The notes beneath the pieces were generated by a model. That model ran no database searches. It saw nothing but the letters and a program-made list of their open reading frames with translations, and was not told where the DNA came from. A stretch of DNA of 64,000 nt from a virus. Numbering within the stretch: the first letter of the stretch is position 1; the number at the start of each line of letters is the position of its first letter. Both the position numbers and the translations under genes were made by a program. The stretch covers positions 1 through 64,000 of the IMG/VR virus record IMGVR_UViG_3300020469_004451; one strand, given 5' to 3'. Shown one piece after another: positions 1-7,218 of the stretch.

Positions 1-15
1 ATAGTGTCCGACATC

Positions 16-147
16 TCACCAATCCTTTTTCCTACAAGCATTTTTATTTTCTTCTTTCTTCTTAGAAGACACCACCTTAGTTCCCTTGTTCAATACAAAG
101 GAAGGGCCGCGACCAAAGGCAGCTTTATGCTTGAGAGGCTTGCTCAT
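16..147 (-). CDS. small basic hypothetical protein (43 aa, MSKPLKHKAAFG...ACRKKDW)
   Basis: Translated by hand; not in the ORF track. ATG lies 6 nt after a TATATT -10 box, with TTGCAA -35 at a 17-bp spacer. Confidence 0.7.
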   Translation of the reverse strand: MSKPLKHKAAFGRGPSFVLNKGTKVVSSKKKEENKNACRKKDW

Positions 148-220
148 GGTGATAATATACACTATTTAAATTTAGGTTGCAAATGATTTTTTATTCAAAT
201 CACATCACGCGATCACGCCA
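148..220 (-). promoter_or_regulatory. cassette promoter A: palindrome + A-tract + -35 + -10, leaderless
   Basis: -35 TTGCAA (177-182), -10 TATATT (154-159), palindrome core CGCGATCACG (208-217). Confidence 0.75.
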
Positions 221-235
221 ACAATGCCAAATAGA

Positions 236-320
236 ATGCCAAATAAAACAACAAATAGCAAATAGCTAAACAACAAATAGCTAAATAGCAAATAGCAAAT
301 AGATAAATAACAAATAGAAT
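236..320. repeat. degenerate tandem repeat of a ~7-bp unit (CAAATAG/CAAATAA)
   Basis: Visible directly: caaatagcaaatagctaaacaacaaatagctaaatagcaaatagcaaatag. Confidence 0.8.
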
Positions 321-332
321 GTAATATATTAC

Positions 333-457
333 ATAAGTTATTGATGCTCAACGACTTACGAGGCGGCGAGGTCTATTGTCGTAACTCACTGAGGCTTAAC
401 GACTTACGCCGACGAGAGGGGCGCGCCCCCGTAACTCGTTGACGCTCAACGGGTTAT
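333..457. repeat. three 27-bp imperfect palindromes, consensus GTAA(C/G)TCGTTGA-N3-TCAACGA(C/G)TTAC
   Basis: Copies at 333-359, 381-407 and 431-457 (48- and 50-bp period). Confidence 0.85.
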
Positions 458-633
458 GCGTCCCACCCGTAACCAGATGTTTCCTGATGCCAGTCTGCCA
501 TCTCCGCTTGGGCGACTGCGCGCTCGTCAGCCACGCCCTCGTCAAAAAACTGGAGGAAGTTGGGGGCGATCTCCTCGCGTTCGGCGGTTCCCTCGAAACC
601 TGCGTCATATGCTTTCTGCTGTTCTAATGTCAT
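454..633 (-). CDS. small acidic hypothetical protein (59 aa, MTLEQQKAYDAGF...)
   Basis: ORF track 454..666; start reassigned to ATG 633, 5 nt after TGTGG-TATATT. Confidence 0.7.
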   Translation of the reverse strand: MTLEQQKAYDAGFEGTAEREEIAPNFLQFFDEGVADERAVAQAEMADWHQETSGYGWDA

Positions 634-703
634 GCCCCAATATACCACAAATTCTGTAGCGCGCAATTCTTTTTTTGCCTGTTAGCTATACGCGATTGCG
701 TAT
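634..703 (-). promoter_or_regulatory. cassette promoter B
   Basis: -35 TTGCGC (661-666), extended -10 TGTGG-TATATT (639-649), palindrome core CGCGATTGCG (691-700). Confidence 0.75.
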
Positions 704-737
704 TAGTGCTTGGCATGGTTGCTGAAAGGCTATCTGC

Positions 738-814
738 GTAACTCATTGACCATCAGTGAGTTACGTCGGCGCGGGGGGCGCGCAGCCCTAACTCGTTGAT
801 ATTCAACGACTTAC
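738..814. repeat. pair of 27-bp palindromes with a GC-rich GGGGCGCGC linker
   Basis: Copies at 738-764 and 788-814, 50-bp period. Confidence 0.85.
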
Positions 815-1009
815 AGCGCGTTTGTCGCGGGTTGGAAACAGACTGGCTTCGGGTGCGCGGTGTGTCTCGCTGCCGTCCCAACTCGGTAACTCTAACTCTT
901 GTTTTTTTATGGTGTTGTTAGGCAACAGCGGTCTGAAGTCGCGTGGCTGTGGTGCGTTTGCTAGTGCAAGCATTGGTGACAGTGTTAGTGTTAGGAGGAA
1001 GTATCTCAT
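803..1009 (-). CDS. small protein with a signal-peptide-like N-terminus (MRYFLLTLTLSPMLALA)
   Basis: ORF track 803..1033; second Met chosen because it follows the upstream gene stop at 1018. Confidence 0.55.
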   Translation of the reverse strand: MRYFLLTLTLSPMLALANAPQPRDFRPLLPNNTIKKQELELPSWDGSETHRAPEASLFPTRDKRAVSR

Positions 1010-1017
1010 TTTGTTTT

Positions 1018-1194
1018 TTAGTATCCCGCCCATGCGCGGAGGTTATCAAAGGAAGTGAACTCAATCCAAGCTCCACGGCTCACGCCGTAAGATTCGGCTG
1101 GCTCGCTGTTGATGATGAAGAGCCTTCCATTGTTTAGGAAAGCCTCACGGCCCCAATCGTGGGACCGTGCAAAGCGTAGATGTTGTTGGTTCAT
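1018..1194 (-). CDS. hypothetical protein (58 aa, MNQQHLRFARSHDWG...LRAWAGY)
   Basis: Translated by hand; TAATG overlap with the upstream gene. Confidence 0.7.
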   Translation of the reverse strand: MNQQHLRFARSHDWGREAFLNNGRLFIINSEPAESYGVSRGAWIEFTSFDNLRAWAGY

Positions 1195-1292
1195 TAGTAA
1201 AAGTTTAGGATGACGTTAACGAAGAGAGCAATGAGAATGATGGCAAGCATACAGTAGATTCCGTGAATGGCTAGAGAAAAGATGTCTTTCAT
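1194..1292 (-). CDS. small membrane protein (32 aa, MKDIFSLAIHGIYCMLAIILIALFVNVILNFY)
   Basis: Translated by hand; single hydrophobic helix, coupled to the next gene. Confidence 0.6.
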   Translation of the reverse strand: MKDIFSLAIHGIYCMLAIILIALFVNVILNFY

Positions 1293-1305
1293 ATTTACAA
1301 GGTGG

Positions 1306-1476
1306 TTAAGCTAGGAGCTTGGCCTCTACCAGTTCCCACTGTCGCCCGTCGTGGAGTTTCACGACCGATGCCATTGCATCCCTGCAAGCGGCAAAGAAAC
1401 CCTCTCCTTCCCAGTTGAAGGTGTGAGTTTCGCCGTTGTTAGCAAGGAGGGTGATGATGTATGTTTTCTTGTTCAT
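1306..1476 (-). CDS. hypothetical protein (56 aa, MNKKTYIITLL...)
   Basis: C-terminal part of the ORF track entry 1306..1644; start fixed by promoter C. Confidence 0.7.
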   Translation of the reverse strand: MNKKTYIITLLANNGETHTFNWEGEGFFAACRDAMASVVKLHDGRQWELVEAKLLA

Positions 1477-1543
1477 GGTATAATGTAACACAGTATTGGT
1501 ATAAGTCAAATTGTTTTTGTGTGTTAGGTATGGCGCGATCACG
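1477..1543 (-). promoter_or_regulatory. cassette promoter C
   Basis: -35 TTGACT (1504-1509), -10 TACATT (1482-1487), palindrome core 1534-1543. Confidence 0.75.
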
Positions 1544-1774
1544 TTACCTGTAGTCTTGCTCCCACCACACCTTGCTGTCGATGTCCACCAAAAGCTGATG
1601 GTCGCCACCACCACCGAAGCGGCACACTTCGCCCAACTTGCCATCGTTGTTCTCGTCAGCAGCCGCTTGACGCTCTTGCGCGTTGCGGTTCTGGAATGCC
1701 TCGCTAGGGTATAGCGTAGCGATCTCGACGCACTCGACGCGCTCGCCGTTGTTATTAGTAAAGGTCTTGTTCAT
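1544..1774 (-). CDS. hypothetical protein (76 aa)
   Basis: ORF track; leaderless start 6 nt after TGTGG-TAAATT. Confidence 0.7.
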   Translation of the reverse strand: MNKTFTNNNGERVECVEIATLYPSEAFQNRNAQERQAAADENNDGKLGEVCRFGGGGDHQLLVDIDSKVWWEQDYR

Positions 1775-1845
1775 GTATATAATTTACCACATCATAAGGT
1801 AATCGCAACTTCTTTTTTATTAGATTACATGGCGTGATCGCGTAT
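1775..1845 (-). promoter_or_regulatory. cassette promoter D
   Basis: -35 TTGCGA (1803-1808), -10 TAAATT (1781-1786), palindrome core CGTGATCGCG (1833-1842). Confidence 0.75.
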
Positions 1846-1879
1846 GGTGGCTTGGCATGGTAGCTGAATCGGTATCTTC

Positions 1880-1956
1880 GTAACTGCTTAAGCGTCAACG
1901 AGTTACGCTGACGGGCGGGGCGCGCCGACGTAACTCCCTAAGCCTCAACGACTTAC
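1880..1956. repeat. pair of 27-bp palindromes with a GGGGCGCGCC linker
   Basis: Copies at 1880-1906 and 1930-1956, 50-bp period; the flank matches 708-814. Confidence 0.85.
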
Positions 1957-1980
1957 GACTTATCTTTTCTGTGCAACGAG

Positions 1981-2045
1981 ACTAGCGTTAGCACTAACAC
2001 TAGCACTAACACTAGCACTAACACTAACACTAACACTAACACTAC
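1981..2045. repeat. hexamer tandem repeat (ACTAAC/ACTAGC), about 10 units
   Basis: Visible directly in the sequence. Confidence 0.9.
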
Positions 2046-2251
2046 CGACGAACCGTAAGGTTCGCCAGCGCATCTCTCACGCCATCCGACATCTCTGGCG
2101 CGTTGCGTTGCTTGGCGCGCAAGCTATTCTTTAACTCCCACATCTGCATCTTGAGATTGCTTGGCACGTTAGAGAATCCGCGCTCGTCCTCTATCCGATC
2201 CATCTCGGACTTGAGGCGAAGCATCTTGTTCTTTACTTGTTCGATGGTCAT
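2042..2251 (-). CDS. hypothetical coiled-coil protein (69 aa)
   Basis: ORF track; co-oriented, just downstream of 2258..2473. Confidence 0.65.
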   Translation of the reverse strand: MTIEQVKNKMLRLKSEMDRIEDERGFSNVPSNLKMQMWELKNSLRAKQRNAPEMSDGVRDALANLTVRR

Positions 2252-2257
2252 ATTGTT

Positions 2258-2473
2258 TTACTTGTTAAGGCTTGCGAGATAGTCGCGTCCCTTTAGGTAA
2301 ACGCTCACGTTGAGAAGGCTATACTCCTTCTCGATTTCTACTTGGCAAGTAGCGTCACCCAATGCGTTGATATATCTTACGTGGTCGCGGTAAGAAGGGT
2401 TAACCTTGCACTGCTTCGCATAGTGCTTTGCAGCGAGTGCGTTAAACTGGTCTTGAGTCATTTCCTTGATCAT
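2258..2473 (-). CDS. hypothetical protein (71 aa, MIKEMTQDQF...)
   Basis: ORF track 2258..2488; start reassigned by promoter E. Confidence 0.7.
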   Translation of the reverse strand: MIKEMTQDQFNALAAKHYAKQCKVNPSYRDHVRYINALGDATCQVEIEKEYSLLNVSVYLKGRDYLASLNK

Positions 2474-2545
2474 GTCTAAATTTACCACAGGTTAGAGTTA
2501 AAAGCAAATTGTTTTTTATTCTGTTATATGGCGCAATCGCGCTAT
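2474..2545 (-). promoter_or_regulatory. cassette promoter E
   Basis: -35 TTGCTT (2502-2507), -10 TAAATT (2479-2484), core CGCAATCGCG (2532-2541). Confidence 0.75.
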
Positions 2546-2667
2546 TAGTTAAGGAGGGAAAAAGTCCAGTCAGGATTTAGTATGGTGCTTACGGCAACCG
2601 CGATCATCACGAAGACCACGAAGACATAGAGGAACAATTCGGACAACTCTTTTATAATTTCTTTCAT
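2545..2667 (-). CDS. small membrane protein (40 aa, MKEIIKELSELFLYVFVVFVMIAVAVSTILNPDWTFSLLN)
   Basis: Translated by hand; leaderless start after promoter F. Confidence 0.7.
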   Translation of the reverse strand: MKEIIKELSELFLYVFVVFVMIAVAVSTILNPDWTFSLLN

Positions 2668-2738
2668 GCCTAACTATACCACAGATTTATTTAATCGCAA
2701 GTTCTTTTTTATTGTATTGTATGGCGCAATCGCGCCAT
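2668..2738 (-). promoter_or_regulatory. cassette promoter F
   Basis: -35 TTGCGA (2695-2700), TGTGG-TATAGT (-10 at 2673-2678), palindrome ATGGCGCAATCGCGCCAT (2721-2738). Confidence 0.8.
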
Positions 2739-2741
2739 GTG

Positions 2742-2882
2742 CTAATCAAGCTGATCAGCGGTGGCCTCATGCTCGCCCCCGTCCTCATCGAAGAGCCATA
2801 CAGTCCCGTCTTCATCGACATGAGCCACGATAGCCCATGCGCCTTTGAAGTTTACTTGGTCATCTACTTTTAGTTCGTTCAT
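2742..2882 (-). CDS. small acidic protein (46 aa, MNELKVDDQVNFKGAWAIVAHVDEDGTVWLFDEDGGEHEATADQLD), SH3/KOW-like pattern
   Basis: Translated by hand; leaderless start after promoter G. Confidence 0.7.
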   Translation of the reverse strand: MNELKVDDQVNFKGAWAIVAHVDEDGTVWLFDEDGGEHEATADQLD

Positions 2883-2954
2883 GCTGTAACTATACCACAC
2901 CACAAGAGAATCGCAAGTTCTTTTTTATTAGATTAGCTTACGCGATCACGCCAT
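2883..2954 (-). promoter_or_regulatory. cassette promoter G
   Basis: -35 TTGCGA (2911-2916), TGTGG-TATAGT (-10 at 2889-2894), core 2941-2950. Confidence 0.8.
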
Positions 2955-3275
2955 AGACACATAGCTCTATGGGGGTGGGTTATTTAGAATGTAGGGTTTT
3001 ACGGTTATGTTAGACAATCAGGGGGGGGTGGTTCACATTGTCAACAACCCAATCTCAAAAAATTAAATTACATCCCCACCACACTCAACATACCCCCTCC
3101 CCCTTATTTAAAATCATATAATCACTAATTCCATTCCCCAAAAAAATAAATCCCAAAAAATCGGGAGCCTCACTTTGTTCGGACACTCACTTCGTTCGTT
3201 AAAGAAGAAAAGGTCTTATGTTATAGCCATAAAAAGTAAGTTGTTAGGCCGGTATTTTAGTGTATATTCTTAAAT

Positions 3276-4847
3276 ATGGGAAAGTTTTTCGTAAAAATCT
3301 TGGCGGCTGTCCTTTTATTCACAGGTAATGCTCATAGTGAGCAAGTTTCAGACGAAGTTTTATTGAGAAGGACATATTTAACTCTAGCAGGTAGAATTCC
3401 TACCTTGGAAGAGACTAAAAATTATTTACAAAGTCCTGACCATGACAAGTTAGTGGTCAATCTTCTTAAAAGCGAAGACTATGTTCAGTCTTTTTATAAT
3501 TACTATGCTGATCTGTTTAGAATCAAGGCGAACATTGACGGTGTGGGGTTTTTGAAGTTTTATCCTTATATTGATTGGGTAAAAAATAATATTAGGGAAA
3601 ATAAGCCTTACGATCAAATGGTTCGCGAAATGCTGACCGCAGAAGGCAAAATGATAGAAAATCCAGCCGCAGGTTACTATGCGCGGGACAATGGTATGCC
3701 ACTGGATAATTTTTCTTATACTATGCAAGTTTTTCTTGGCAAAGACCTTTCTTGCGCCCAATGCCATGATGATCCCTTCAGTCATTGGACTCAAATGGAC
3801 TTTTATCAGAGTGCTGCGTTTTTTGCACAAAATACTACCCGTGACCCTTCTGTTGGTCAGATTTCCAGAAAAATTGACGAAGAGGTTAAACAAATCAGAG
3901 AAACCGATAGAATAGACAACGCAATCAGACAACTTTTGCGCGGCAATGGTTATGGTAGCTTCAAAAATAAAAATGGAGTTTTAAAATTACCCCATGACTA
4001 CAGATATGACGATGCAGAGCCTAGTAGTGCCGTTAGTCCATATACCCCTTTCGGGGATGTTGTAAAGAGTGGTGACTCAGCCGTTTTTGCAGAATGGATT
4101 GTCAAACAGCACGACTTCTCAGTAGCAGCGTCAAACAGATTATGGGGCTTCGTTACTGGCGACCCACTTATCACGCCATTAGTTAACGTAGATATTGCTG
4201 AATCTACAAACGAAGAGCTTTCACGCAAGCTCGCGGTAAAATTTGAGGAATTAAATTATGACGTTCGCTTATTTTTGCACTTTTTAGTGACCTCTAACGC
4301 TTTTAAGCAAGAAAACGGTATAAAAACTAGAAGGCTTACCGCAGAGCAAGCTTGGGACTCTTTGGTAACAATCGCTGGTGGCGTTCCAGCGCCCATCGAC
4401 CGTTCTGGTTATTCTGATTTTGTAAATTTAGACTTAGCATCGTTAACTGGACAAGGCGCAATCGACGCTATGGAAGAATATAGGGATTTTACAAAAAAAA
4501 TACCACGACCAAAGCAAATAGGAAGCTTACCCATCGTCAGAGCGTCAGATTTAGAGAGACGCACCGACTTTTTGAAGAAGTTCGGGGCTTCAGAGCGGGA
4601 ACTGATTGATTCTTCCTCAGTAAATGGCTCTTCTGGTCAAGTTTTACTTCTTATCAACGGAGAGGTCACAAATTCGTTGTCTCATAAAGATTCAATCTTG
4701 ATGAAAGACCCTTCCATTGAGAATATTTTCTTATCTACCCTCACTAGACAGCCAACTCTACAAGAGAAGTCTGCTCTACGTCAACTTTCACCGGCTGATA
4801 TTGTGTGGGCGGTAATTAACTCCAACGAATTTTTATTTATACAATGA
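3276..4847 (+). CDS. DUF1549/DUF1553 (PSD1, planctomycete-type) exported protein
   Basis: Signal peptide; LLRRTYLTLAGRIPT, NKPYDQMVREML, CAQCHDDPF and RRLTAEQAWDSL motifs. Confidence 0.85.
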   Translation: MGKFFVKILAAVLLFTGNAHSEQVSDEVLLRRTYLTLAGRIPTLEETKNYLQSPDHDKLVVNLLKSEDYVQSFYNYYADLFRIKANIDGVGFLKFYPYIDWVKNNIRENKPYDQMVREMLTAEGKMIENPAAGYYARDNGMPLDNFSYTMQVFLGKDLSCAQCHDDPFSHWTQMDFYQSAAFFAQNTTRDPSVGQISRKIDEEVKQIRETDRIDNAIRQLLRGNGYGSFKNKNGVLKLPHDYRYDDAEPSSAVSPYTPFGDVVKSGDSAVFAEWIVKQHDFSVAASNRLWGFVTGDPLITPLVNVDIAESTNEELSRKLAVKFEELNYDVRLFLHFLVTSNAFKQENGIKTRRLTAEQAWDSLVTIAGGVPAPIDRSGYSDFVNLDLASLTGQGAIDAMEEYRDFTKKIPRPKQIGSLPIVRASDLERRTDFLKKFGASERELIDSSSVNGSSGQVLLLINGEVTNSLSHKDSILMKDPSIENIFLSTLTRQPTLQEKSALRQLSPADIVWAVINSNEFLFIQ

Positions 4848-6052
4848 ATACAAGAAGAGACTTCGCAAAAACTCTGGCAGCTTCTACTTTAGGGCTTACT
4901 TTTAATTCTTATGCAAGCAAGCCTACACCAAAGGTAAAAAATGTAATTTATATTTACATGAACGGGGGAATGAGTCATATCGACACATTCGATCCAAAAT
5001 CCGACGCTGAAGTTAAGGGTGCTACAGAAATCATCGACACCAAGGTTGATGGAATTAAATTCGGTCACAATTTGCCCTTATTGGCAGAACGAGCAGAAAA
5101 TTTTGCTGTGATTAATTCTATGACCTCTCAGACCGGCGCACACTCTGAGGGAAAATACTTGCACCACACAAGCTACAGAAAAGTGGGCAGTATTATACAT
5201 CCTTCTTTGGGAGCGTGGTCTAACCACCTTTTGACTAATGATAATTCATTACCTAATAATGTTTTGATAAATCCTGACCCGTCTCACCCATTGAACGGGT
5301 TTTTGCCAGCTAGAACCTCGCCCCTTCCTATCACTGATCCTTTGAAGGCTAAAAGTGCTTTTGATTTAAAATATGATGATAGGCTGTTGAACAATAGGCT
5401 AGATGCTCTTGATCTACTAAACTCTAAGTTCGAGCCAAACGATGCGGCTACTTCTTATAGAGATTTTTATGCAGAGGCTTTTAATATTCTAGATAGTGAA
5501 GACTTAGCGGTTTTTGATATCTCTCAAGAAAGTAAAGAGACATCTGAAAAATATGGGGCTACAAGATTCGGGCAAAGCCTTTTGCTTGCTCGTCGCTTGG
5601 TTGAAAAGGGAGTAAACTTCATTGAAGTCATGCATGGTGGTTGGGATACCCACACCGAAAACTTTGATAGATTAGCTACTAAGCTTCCAGAGGTAGACAA
5701 AGGTATTGCTGCTCTTATTGATGATCTAAAAGCGAAAGGTCTTTATGAAGATACAATGATCGTTGTTGCTACTGAATTTGGTAGAACACCTAAAATCAAC
5801 GTCAACACTGGACGCGACCACTACCCAAGAGCCTTCTCATGTATGATGGCTGGAGGAAAGATAGATGGTAAAGCAATAGGTAAAACAGACGATAAAGCTA
5901 TGGCGATAGAAGAGTCACCTTATCAGGTAGCAGACTTAAATGCAACAATAGCAGATGCTATGGGATTAGATATCAATCAAACACTATTCTCCCCATCTGC
6001 AAGACCATTCAAAGTCGCCCATAATGGTAAAGTAATTCCAAATGTGTTCTAA
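4844..6052 (+). CDS. DUF1501 family protein (Tat-exported, sulfatase/alkaline-phosphatase-like fold)
   Basis: TRRDF Tat motif; GGMSHIDTFDPK, GGWDTH, EFGRTPKIN and GRDHYP; 4-nt overlap with the DUF1549 gene. Confidence 0.88.
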   Translation: MNTRRDFAKTLAASTLGLTFNSYASKPTPKVKNVIYIYMNGGMSHIDTFDPKSDAEVKGATEIIDTKVDGIKFGHNLPLLAERAENFAVINSMTSQTGAHSEGKYLHHTSYRKVGSIIHPSLGAWSNHLLTNDNSLPNNVLINPDPSHPLNGFLPARTSPLPITDPLKAKSAFDLKYDDRLLNNRLDALDLLNSKFEPNDAATSYRDFYAEAFNILDSEDLAVFDISQESKETSEKYGATRFGQSLLLARRLVEKGVNFIEVMHGGWDTHTENFDRLATKLPEVDKGIAALIDDLKAKGLYEDTMIVVATEFGRTPKINVNTGRDHYPRAFSCMMAGGKIDGKAIGKTDDKAMAIEESPYQVADLNATIADAMGLDINQTLFSPSARPFKVAHNGKVIPNVF

Positions 6053-6114
6053 CCTAGATCAGAAAGGTAGTAAAGGCTTTCTTCTTTATTTTCCGTGTAA
6101 GACAACATAGATTA

Positions 6115-6417
6115 ATGTTATTCAGTATTATTGCCGCTATCGCTACGCTACTCCAATTTGGAGTTGGTTTTTTGATGTTGTGGGCTAAATATCAGCGGCT
6201 TTACACACCTTCTGGTTATTTATTTATAACAGCCTCATTTATGATGGCAGCAAGGAATCTCACTGCGTTCCTAGAAGTTGAAAACTTCGACTACACAGGA
6301 GATACATTTTGTGCTTTTTTAGATAATGTTTATTATCCTTTTGGTATCTCCGTGCTTTTGTTTGTTTCAGTTTTCCATTTTGTATCTGATCAATACAAGA
6401 AAAAGAAAGCTCCCTAG
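6115..6417 (+). CDS. 3-TM membrane protein (holin candidate)
   Basis: Three hydrophobic segments and a basic C-terminus; GTGTAA upstream. Confidence 0.5.
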   Translation: MLFSIIAAIATLLQFGVGFLMLWAKYQRLYTPSGYLFITASFMMAARNLTAFLEVENFDYTGDTFCAFLDNVYYPFGISVLLFVSVFHFVSDQYKKKKAP

Positions 6418-6449
6418 TTAAAATCAGGGCTTTCTATAAAAACGCCTTA

Positions 6450-6764
6450 TTAATCGTCGCGTTTATTTTTTTTCTCTAATTCTTCCAACCATTCATTCTG
6501 AAGCTTTGTTCTTTTTTCTGGAAGGTCAAACTGAATCAAATATCTTACGAATACAGACCAAGCTGCGAAAAATGCAGCAATAAGAGAAGAAAGGATGTAT
6601 GTAGGCTTCTGCTCTACGGCTATGAACATATATGCCATCCAAACCATTAGGATCAAATAGATATATGTAAAGATTTTACTAAGCCACCATTTACCCAATA
6701 GTCCAAAAGAATACCAACCAAAAAGTAAAGTGATTGCACCAGCTAAAAAATAAATATTAGTCAT
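6450..6764 (-). CDS. 3-TM membrane protein
   Basis: Hydrophobic segments with a charged tail; overlaps the NlpC/P60 stop. Confidence 0.6.
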   Translation of the reverse strand: MTNIYFLAGAITLLFGWYSFGLLGKWWLSKIFTYIYLILMVWMAYMFIAVEQKPTYILSSLIAAFFAAWSVFVRYLIQFDLPEKRTKLQNEWLEELEKKNKRDD

Positions 6765-7138
6765 TTTCTTCTAATTCCTATAATTCTTCTATAATGTAAA
6801 TTCATAGTTCCAACTGGTTTGCTTAATGTTGGTCTGTGAATAATTCTCTTGTCTCCGATATAAATACCAATGTGGTTATAACTACCGTTGCTTGAATAGA
6901 TAACAATATCTCCTTTTTGAATATTTGATAAGCTCACCTTTTTGCCCCAACCCAACCAAGAGGTGCATTTTTGATAACCTACTGGTGGGGTTCCTCCAGC
7001 CCTTCTTACGACTTCTCCAACAAAATCGGCACAACGCGCCGACTGTCCTCTTTTAAAAAATTTACCATTCCACTTTTGAGCCTCTTGTGAAACATCACTT
7101 AAACCAAGGATTGCTATTAAGAATAAAGTTTTAATCAT
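6761..7138 (-). CDS. NlpC/P60 (C40) cell-wall peptidase with signal peptide
   Basis: CADFV catalytic Cys, GDIVIY, HIGIY and IIH motifs. Confidence 0.8.
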   Translation of the reverse strand: MIKTLFLIAILGLSDVSQEAQKWNGKFFKRGQSARCADFVGEVVRRAGGTPPVGYQKCTSWLGWGKKVSLSNIQKGDIVIYSSNGSYNHIGIYIGDKRIIHRPTLSKPVGTMNLHYRRIIGIRRK

Positions 7139-7218
7139 ATTGGGGTTTTAAAAAATGTAATAAATGGTAATACAATTTACACATAAAGTCAAGTAAAAAA
7201 GTGTATTTAAAGATAGAA

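Noticed and set aside
333-457. CRISPR mini-array (27-bp palindromic repeats with 21-23 bp spacers)
   Set aside because: The repeats are degenerate, the spacers resemble each other (GGGGCGCGC), there are only 2-3 units per block, and no cas genes are present.
709-727. Sigma54 promoter TTGGCATGGTTGCTGA (also at ~1851)
   Set aside because: The -24 box fits but the -12 is GA rather than GC, and it faces away from the genes.
4-1714. Plus-strand ORFs in the first 2 kb
   Set aside because: They overlap minus-strand genes that have clear promoters and coupled starts.
145-2954. Classical integron cassette array
   Set aside because: No RYYYAAC...GTTRRRY attC architecture, the cassettes have their own promoters, and there is no integrase in the window.
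688-2954. Cassette palindromes as intrinsic terminators
   Set aside because: On the transcribed strand the hairpin is followed by an A-tract rather than a U-tract, and the fixed distance to the -35 fits a binding site better.
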